From an uncultured Ramlibacter sp. (GTDB taxonomy: Bacteria > Pseudomonadota > Gammaproteobacteria > Burkholderiales > Burkholderiaceae_C): 51,333 nt of DNA. The position numbers and the translations under genes were made by a program. The notes beneath the pieces were generated by a model. The model saw nothing but the letters and a program-made list of their open reading frames with translations. It had not been told where the DNA came from and did no database searches. How positions within the stretch are numbered: the stretch's first letter is position 1; every line of letters starts with the position of its first letter. Location of the stretch: contig CAZUJD010000001.1 in assembly GCA_964620025.1 (NCBI GenBank), forward strand, positions 1 through 51,333, in the 5' to 3' direction. Positions 45,257 through 51,333 of the stretch are shown here, one piece after another.

Positions 45257-46351
45257 TCACGCCTTGATTTCCCTGGCCGTGATGGTGTACTTGAACTGGT
45301 CCGGCTCCAGCGAGTCATACCGGCCATTGGCATTCTCGGCGTTGGGATACATGAAAAAGCCGATCTTTGGTCCCCGCGAACCCGGCAGCGCCACGTCATG
45401 CGCGGTGTTGAAGGCCAGCCAGTTGCCTTCCCATCCACCGAACAGCGCCTTGTACACGGGCGTGACCACCGGGTGGTTGGTGGTCTTGACCCATTCGGGT
45501 GTTTCCAGGCGCATGACCTTGCCTACATCGGCCGGGTCCATGGCCACCCAGCCGTACTGGGCGAGGAACACTTCGGCGCGGCAATGCTGTGCGCGTGCCA
45601 GATTGGCCGGGTTGCCCGACAGTTCCTTGTAACCAAAGGCCGACGGCACCAGGCGGATGCCGTACACATCGCGCGCGGGCACGCCGGCGGCACGGCACAG
45701 GCCAACAAACAGTGCGTTGATGTCGCCGCACTTGCCGCCCAGATTGCCGGTCTCCAGAATGGCCTAGATGTCACCCGTGCCGCAGACGCGTACCTTGGGT
45801 TCGCGGTAGGTGTTGTTGACCACCCAGTCGTACAGGCGGCGCACCTTGTCCACATCGGTCTGGACGCCTTTGGTTGCTTCCAGCGCGGTCTTTTTGACGA
45901 TGCCGTCGGTGGGCATCAGGTCGGTGGGCTGCGTCCAGTATTTGAGCGTGGCCGGGTCTTCCTTGACAGCCGTCTTCTGGCTCCAGTCCTGCGCGCGGTT
46001 CTGGGTGCGAAAGCGGCTGGTCAGCTCCACAAACGGCCGGGCCTCGCCTTCGGCAAACTCGGCCGACAGCATCTTGGCGCCGTACTGCGCATCGGCCGTC
46101 TGCTGCATGCTGCGGGCGTTGCCCGTCCAGGTACTTTCCAGCGACTGCTGGTAGCTGGAGTCGATCGACGGAATGGGCAGCCACACGCGGGTGGCGCCTT
46201 TGGGGTTGGCGATCTCCACCCGGGTGGTGAATTCAAACGTTCGCCAGACGCCGGGCTGGGGGTTGAATGTGCGTTCCTGGGCCAGGGCTGCGCCCGGCAG
46301 CGCGAGGGCGCCTGTAGTCTGTATGAAATGGCGACGGTTGAGCTGAAACAT
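45257..46351 (-). pseudogene. Transglutaminase-like cysteine protease family gene with Tat signal, interrupted by a single in-frame TAG (45764-45766, codon 196)
   Basis: ORFs 45764-46351 and 45257-45682 are in the same frame. Translation across the gap gives ...CGTGDI*AILETGNLGGKCGDINALFVGLCRAAGVPARDVYGIR..., which contains the core Cys. His/Asp follow in HCRAEVFLAQYGWVAMDPAD. Confidence 0.75.
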
Positions 46352-46407
46352 TGAAGTCTCCTTCAGTCCGGTTCAAGTTTGCAATCGGGGGTGGTGAGCG
46401 GCACGCG

Positions 46408-46953
46408 CTACCGGGAGACGGTGCGCAGCAACGGCTCAAGGAGTCGGGCTGCGTCAGGTCCGGCCCAATCATACTCACCTGTCACGACCAGACGCGGCCG
46501 GCCTGTGGCATCGCTCAGCACGGTGCTCGGAAAAATGCGGCGCGTCCACGCGCGTGCAGCCGCACCGTCGAGGTCCAGCACGATGGGCAGGCGCACTTCC
46601 ACCGATTCCAGGTAACGCCGGATACGCGGCTCGTTTTCCTGGAAATTGACGGCCAGGACGACCAGTTGCTGAGGATGCCTTTGGGCCAGTGCGTTCAGTG
46701 ACGGCATTTCTGCGCGGCAGGGCTCGCACCAGGTGGCCCAGAAGTTGAGCACCACCACCTTGCCGCGCAGGCGCTGGCCGTTCCATGCACTGCCGTCCAG
46801 CCCTGTGAGAGCCAGCGTGGGCACGGCTTTGCCGCTCGGCCAGGCCGTAATTTCGTATGTGGCGAGGGCCCGGCCCGGCATGAGCAGGACCCATGCCGCC
46901 AACAGCGCACAAAGCATGTGCCCAAGGACTGGACGGGTTGTCATGCACGCCAT
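46408..46953 (-). CDS. TlpA/ResA-like periplasmic thiol:disulfide oxidoreductase
   Basis: Thioredoxin-fold motif NFWATWCEPCRAEMP. N-terminal signal/anchor. Start could be an internal ATG. Confidence 0.85.
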   Translation of the reverse strand: MACMTTRPVLGHMLCALLAAWVLLMPGRALATYEITAWPSGKAVPTLALTGLDGSAWNGQRLRGKVVVLNFWATWCEPCRAEMPSLNALAQRHPQQLVVLAVNFQENEPRIRRYLESVEVRLPIVLDLDGAAARAWTRRIFPSTVLSDATGRPRLVVTGEYDWAGPDAARLLEPLLRTVSR

Positions 46954-46985
46954 CGTACAGGCCGGCCAAGCAGCTACGATGCGGC

Positions 46986-49277
46986 ATGCACGCCACCGAG
47001 CAACCCGTACTGCGCGACATCGTCCTCATCGGCGGTGGCCACAGCCACGTCGGTGTGCTGCGCCGGTTCGGCATGCAACCCGAGCCCGGCGTGCGCCTGA
47101 CACTGATCTGTACCGACGTGCAGACGCCCTATTCGGGCATGCTGCCGGGCTACATCGCGGGCCACTACGTGTATGACGATGTGCACATCGATCTGGCCCG
47201 CCTGGCCGTGTTGGCAGGCGCCCGCTTCTACCGGGACGAAGTCACGGGCATCGACCGTGCAGCCGGCAAGGTCCTGTGCCGAAACCGCCCGCCGGTGCCT
47301 TTTGATCTGTGCTCGATCAACACCGGGTCCACGCCGCAGGTCGCACGCGTGGCAGGAGCGGCAGACCACGTCGTACCGGTCAAGCCAATCCACCAGTTCA
47401 ACCAGCGCTGGCTCGCGCTGCTGGCACGCGTACGGGCCCATGCGGGCGTCACCACGATTGCTGTGGTGGGGGGCGGAGCCGGTGGCGTGGAGTTGACCCT
47501 GGCCATGCAGTACCGGCTGCAACGGGAACTGCAGGCCATGGGCCGCCACCCCGACGAACTGGTTTTTCATCTGTTGACCCGTGATGCACAGGTCATGGCC
47601 ACACACAACACGGGCGTACAGCGCCGCTTCGCACAGGTGCTGGCACAACGCGGCGTGCAGGTACACACCGGCGCCGAGGTCCATGCCGTCAATGCCGGGC
47701 AACTGGTCACCGCAAACGGCCAGACCCTCGCCGCCGATGAAATCGTGTGGGTCACCCAGGCAGGTGGCCCGACGTGGCTGCAGCACACCGGCCTTGCGCT
47801 GGACGACCACGGCTTTGTCCGTGTGAACGCCCAACTGCAAAGCCTCAGCGATCCCCGCATCTTTGCCGCGGGTGATGTCGCCGCTTTCGGGCCCCGTCCG
47901 CTGGAAAAGGCCGGCGTGTTTGCCGTTCGCATGGGTGCACCACTGGCTGACAACCTGCGCCGCAGCGCACGCGGCGAGGCGCTGCGCCCCTATCGTCCGC
48001 AGCGCCACTGGTTGGCCCTGATCAGCACCGGCGACCGTTATGCAGTGGCATCGCGGGGTCGGGGGCCGCTGGGCCTGGCCCTGGCCGGCGACTGGGTCTG
48101 GCAATGGAAAGACTGGATCGACCGGCGCTTCATGCGGCGCTTCAACGAATTCCCACCCATGGTTGCAACGGGCGGCGCGCCAGTGCCGGCGCAACTGGTG
48201 CTGACGGCGGACGAATCGCAGCAGGCGATTTCAGCCATTGCCATGCGCTGCGGTGGCTGCGGCGCCAAAGTCGGTGCCACCGTGCTGCAACGCGCGCTAG
48301 GTACGCTGCAGCCGGTGCACCGCGCCGATGTGCTGATCGGCCTGCACACCCCCGACGATGCGGCGGTGGTACGCGTGCCGCCCGGCAAGGCCATGGTTCA
48401 CACCGTGGATTTCTTTCGCGCATTCATTGACGACCCCTACCTGTTTGGCAAGGTCGCGGCGAACCATGCACTGGGCGATGTATTTGCCATGGGGGGGCAG
48501 CCACAGTCGGCTACCGCGGTGGTGACGGTTCCGCCGGGGCTGGAAGCCAAGGTGGAAGACCTGCTGTTCCAGATGATGACCGGCGCGATCGAAGTGCTCA
48601 ATGCCGCCCAATGCGCGCTGGTTGGCGGTCACACCGGCGAAGGCCGGGAGCTGGCGCTGGGCTTCGCGGTGAACGGCCTGGTGGACGAAGATCTGAGAAC
48701 GGTACTGCGCAAGGACACACTCAAACCCGGCGATGTGCTCGTGCTGACCAAGCCCATAGGTACTGGCACCCTGTTCGCGGCGCATGCACGCGGAGCGGCG
48801 CGGGGGCGCTGGATCGACGCCGCATTGCAGTCCATGGTCGTGTCCAACCAGCGCGGTGCGCAGATCCTGATGGCGCACGGTGCCGTGGCCTGTACGGACC
48901 TCACAGGCTTCGGCCTGCTCGGTCATCTGGTGGAAATGACCCGGCCCTCCGGCGTGGACGCCGAACTCTGGCTGCACGCGCTGCCCCTGCTGGACGGTGC
49001 CCTGGAATGCGCGGCCGCCGGCATCGCGAGTTCGCTGGCACCGGCCAACATCCGCCTTCGCCGGGCGCTGCGCAACCAGGGAGACTTCACGGACCACCCC
49101 CGTTACCCGCTGCTGTTTGACCCCCAAACCGCCGGAGGCCTGCTGGCCAGCGTGCCACCTGGTCAGGTAAACACTTGCCTGGCTGCGCTACGCGCCATCG
49201 GCTACCACCAGGCAGCTGTGATCGGGTGCGTTCTGCCGGCGAGCGACTTGCAGGAACCCATCCTTCTGAAATCTTGA
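46986..49277 (+). CDS. selD: Fusion: NDH-2/SQR-like FAD/NAD(P)H pyridine nucleotide-disulfide oxidoreductase (aa 1-~400) + selenide, water dikinase (SelD, Cys type)
   Basis: Start at ATG 46986. Rossmann motifs VLIGGGHSH and VVGGGAGGVE, plus FAAGDVA. SelD N-terminal loop MRCGGCGAKVG (Cys codon 48258-48260, Lys three residues later), then DDAAVV, GHTGEG, LTKPIGTG, DLTGFGLLGH, DPQTAGGLL. Confidence 0.88.
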   Translation: MHATEQPVLRDIVLIGGGHSHVGVLRRFGMQPEPGVRLTLICTDVQTPYSGMLPGYIAGHYVYDDVHIDLARLAVLAGARFYRDEVTGIDRAAGKVLCRNRPPVPFDLCSINTGSTPQVARVAGAADHVVPVKPIHQFNQRWLALLARVRAHAGVTTIAVVGGGAGGVELTLAMQYRLQRELQAMGRHPDELVFHLLTRDAQVMATHNTGVQRRFAQVLAQRGVQVHTGAEVHAVNAGQLVTANGQTLAADEIVWVTQAGGPTWLQHTGLALDDHGFVRVNAQLQSLSDPRIFAAGDVAAFGPRPLEKAGVFAVRMGAPLADNLRRSARGEALRPYRPQRHWLALISTGDRYAVASRGRGPLGLALAGDWVWQWKDWIDRRFMRRFNEFPPMVATGGAPVPAQLVLTADESQQAISAIAMRCGGCGAKVGATVLQRALGTLQPVHRADVLIGLHTPDDAAVVRVPPGKAMVHTVDFFRAFIDDPYLFGKVAANHALGDVFAMGGQPQSATAVVTVPPGLEAKVEDLLFQMMTGAIEVLNAAQCALVGGHTGEGRELALGFAVNGLVDEDLRTVLRKDTLKPGDVLVLTKPIGTGTLFAAHARGAARGRWIDAALQSMVVSNQRGAQILMAHGAVACTDLTGFGLLGHLVEMTRPSGVDAELWLHALPLLDGALECAAAGIASSLAPANIRLRRALRNQGDFTDHPRYPLLFDPQTAGGLLASVPPGQVNTCLAALRAIGYHQAAVIGCVLPASDLQEPILLKS

Positions 49278-49442
49278 CTTCAAAACAAGTGAGCGCTTGC
49301 TCAAATGTTTTTCCCCGTCCCTCATATCCGCCTAAGAATGGGGGGTTACCCTTAAGAAATTCGATAACCACCGGATTGAACTTTGCCTTTAGCACTCGAT
49401 CGATAGGAGTGCTAATATTTGGGACTTGAAAGGAGTTCTGGT

Positions 49443-50375
49443 ATGACAAACCTGACTGGAGCCTCTACCGCCGCGCTGACCGTTGCCAACCCGTGGGCCG
49501 TCGTGCCCTCGCTGGGCAACCTGGACGCGTACATCTCTGCCGTCAACCGCCTGCCCATGCTCACGCTGGAAGAAGAGCAGACGTTCGCCCGCAAACTCAA
49601 GGAAACCAACGATATTGAAGCCGCCGGAAAGCTGGTGTTGTCGCACCTACGCCTGGTGGTCTCGGTGTCGCGCAAATACCTGGGCTATGGCCTGCCCCAT
49701 GGCGACCTGATCCAGGAAGGCAACATCGGCCTGATGAAGGCCGTGAAGCGCTTTGACCCCGACCAGGGCGTTCGCCTGGTGAGCTATGCCCTGCACTGGA
49801 TCAAGGCTGAAATCCACGAATACATCCTGAAGAACTGGCGCATGGTCAAGGTCGCCACGACCAAGGCCCAGCGCAAGCTGTTCTTCAACCTGCGCTCGAT
49901 GAAGCAGGGCTTCAAGGACGACGCCGACGTGGAAACCCATCGCGAAACGCTGACTGATGCCCAGATCGACGTGATGGCCAGGGAGCTGAACGTCAAGCGC
50001 GAAGAAGTCATCGAGATGGAAACGCGCATGTCCGGCGGGGATGTGATGCTGGACCCGGCGCCCAATGACGACGGCGAAGAAGGTTTTGGCCCCATCGCCT
50101 ATCTGGCCGATGCCAGCCACGAGCCTACGCAGATGATCGAGTCGCGCCAGCGCGACGTGCTGGCCAGCGACGGCATTGCCACTGCCCTGCAGGCCCTGGA
50201 CCCGCGCAGCCGCCGCATCGTGGAAGAGCGCTGGCTCAAGGTCAACGACGATGGTTCGGGCGGCCTGACGCTGCACGACCTGGCTGCGGAATATGGCGTA
50301 AGTGCCGAGCGCATCCGCCAGATTGAAGTGGCCGCCATGAAAAAGATGAAAAGGGCGCTGGCGGACTACGCCTGA
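49443..50375 (+). CDS. rpoH: RNA polymerase sigma-32 (heat-shock sigma factor)
   Basis: Start at ATG 49443 with AAAGGAG upstream. RpoH box QRKLFFNLRSMK. Region 2 DLIQEGNIGLMKAVKRFDP. Region 4 LAAEYGVSAERIRQIE. Confidence 0.95.
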   Translation: MTNLTGASTAALTVANPWAVVPSLGNLDAYISAVNRLPMLTLEEEQTFARKLKETNDIEAAGKLVLSHLRLVVSVSRKYLGYGLPHGDLIQEGNIGLMKAVKRFDPDQGVRLVSYALHWIKAEIHEYILKNWRMVKVATTKAQRKLFFNLRSMKQGFKDDADVETHRETLTDAQIDVMARELNVKREEVIEMETRMSGGDVMLDPAPNDDGEEGFGPIAYLADASHEPTQMIESRQRDVLASDGIATALQALDPRSRRIVEERWLKVNDDGSGGLTLHDLAAEYGVSAERIRQIEVAAMKKMKRALADYA

Positions 50376-50416
50376 GGCAACACGCGCGTGGGTGCAACGC
50401 CTTGTATCGCACAGCG

Positions 50417-50443
50417 GGCCCGGATTTTCCGGGCCTTTTTTTT
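50417..50443 (+). terminator. Rho-independent terminator of rpoH
   Basis: GGCCCGG-ATTTT-CCGGGCC followed by T8 (50436-50443). Confidence 0.85.
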
Positions 50444-50487
50444 GCAACAATTTCCGGGTGAGTCACATATCCATTTTCCGGGCCTGC

Positions 50488-51333
50488 ATGTTCTGGCTGC
50501 TGAGCCTGTGCCTCGGTGCATGGGCCCAGGACCTGCCGGGGCCCATCGTCCTGCAAGCCAGAACGCCCGTGGTGGCTCTGGACGGCCGCAGCGTTTACTG
50601 GTTGGACAATTCAGGCAAAACTCCCATCGACCAGGTGGCCGACGGCAGCGCTGCAAACTGGGCTGCGCGCCCTGCCGGGCAGCAGTACAACATCGATGGC
50701 AAGGCTCTCTGGATACGGTTTGACGTGCTTGAGCCGGACCCGGTCGGCCACTGGTATCTGGAACTGGCCTCTTCCGGGCTCGACCGGGTGCAGCTGTTCC
50801 GCCGCGGGGACGATGGCGCATGGATCGTGCAGGAAGCAGGCGATAGCCGGGCGGTATCAGACTGGCCGCTGCCTGGACGCTTTCCAACTTTCGAAGTTGT
50901 GGGCCAGCCGGGCGGCGTCACCCGCTACTGGCTTCGCATTGAACACGCGCGCGTGGATTTCGCCACGCCCATCGCCATCGTCAACCAGGCCACAGTGACT
51001 GCATCCCGTGAGCGCGAGCAGCTCCTGCTGGGAGCGTATTTCGGCCTGGTAGCGCTGATTACGCTGGTGGCAGCGGCCAATGCAGTCGCCTTCCGCGACC
51101 GCGTCTTTGGTGCTTACGCAGCCTATGTGCTGGCTTTGGGTGTGGGCCAGCTGGCCTATCTGGGCGTTGGCGCCCAGCATGTCTGGCCGCAATGGCTGGA
51201 CTGGAACTTGCATGCCACTTTCGTCCTGCCAGGTCTGTCTTCTGCTGTCGGCCTGTGGTTTGTGCGCATGGTGACTGAACCCGCTCGCTTCTCGCGCCGG
51301 CTGGATCTGGCCGTCTGGACGCTGGTGGGCCTG
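50488..51333 (+). CDS. 5' part of a 7TMR-DISM-type receptor (periplasmic DISMED2-like domain + first TM helices), truncated by the window end
   Basis: Open frame from ATG 50488 (or GTG 50458) to the window end. Signal MFWLLSLCLGAWA. ...WYLELASSGLDRVQLF... followed by hydrophobic helices. Absent from the ORF track because it has no stop. Confidence 0.7.
   Translation, partial: MFWLLSLCLGAWAQDLPGPIVLQARTPVVALDGRSVYWLDNSGKTPIDQVADGSAANWAARPAGQQYNIDGKALWIRFDVLEPDPVGHWYLELASSGLDRVQLFRRGDDGAWIVQEAGDSRAVSDWPLPGRFPTFEVVGQPGGVTRYWLRIEHARVDFATPIAIVNQATVTASREREQLLLGAYFGLVALITLVAAANAVAFRDRVFGAYAAYVLALGVGQLAYLGVGAQHVWPQWLDWNLHATFVLPGLSSAVGLWFVRMVTEPARFSRRLDLAVWTLVGL

Noticed and set aside
45764-45766. 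In-frame TAG as pyrrolysine or another programmed recoding event.
   Set aside because: No pyl genes or PYLIS-like context are visible, and the lineage is not known to use Pyl. A nonsense mutation or sequencing error is far more likely. Read-through is left only as a minor possibility.
46986-49277. Selenocysteine (TGA) recoding in SelD or neighbouring redox genes.
   Set aside because: The SelD active-site position is a TGC Cys codon. I saw no gene needing an in-frame TGA to restore a longer conserved ORF, and no SECIS-like hairpin context was evident.
1-51333. Mobile genetic element, prophage, defence island or integrative element.
   Set aside because: There is no integrase, transposase, phage structural gene, terminal inverted repeat or tRNA attachment site. 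Composition appears uniformly high-GC by eye apart from short AT-rich promoter regions.

Overview
High-GC (roughly two-thirds G+C) chromosomal segment. Gene content and order look betaproteobacterial (Burkholderiales/Comamonadaceae-like), but that is an inference, not a search result. I call about 50 tightly packed CDS, many with overlapping stop/start codons. I found no rRNA, tRNA, CRISPR array, transposase or integrase.

Contents, left to right:
- 3' end of a gene carrying a (GCACCT)n = (Ala-Pro)n repeat.
- An 8-gene operon: peptide-type ABC importer, amidase, TTC38-like protein, alpha/beta hydrolase.
- Housekeeping genes coaD and rsmD, an M16 peptidase pair, and ftsY. These are interrupted by an orphan 191-aa gene plus about 400 nt of structured non-coding DNA.
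- A YnjBCD-like ABC transporter.
- A TetR/DUF2889 module facing an NTF2-like gene and a membrane protein.
- An acyltransferase.
- A BigR-like sulfide/persulfide locus: MBL persulfide dioxygenase, divergent ArsR regulator, two YeeE/YedE half-transporters, SulP.
- Assorted secreted hydrolases.
- The trhO-rluA RNA-modification pair.
- A LysR regulator with a signal-less binding-protein homologue, and a Tim44-like protein.
- A divergent pair of operons. One is ECF sigma / APH-fold kinase / GT2-DUF2064 fusion / nucleoside hydrolase. The other is OmpR-type regulator / histidine kinase / DedA-flavoprotein disulfide reductase fusion / DUF3047.
- A transglutaminase-like gene interrupted by one in-frame TAG.
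- TlpA, a flavoprotein-SelD fusion, rpoH, and the start of a 7TMR-DISM receptor.

Best candidate for an undescribed system: the translationally welded kinase / GT2-DUF2064 / nucleoside-hydrolase operon at 35933-39308, with its anti-sigma-less ECF sigma. Its domain logic fits conversion of a (modified) nucleoside into an activated ribose and then a glycoside.

All calls rest on motif recognition by eye. Start codons are inferred and no homology search was run.
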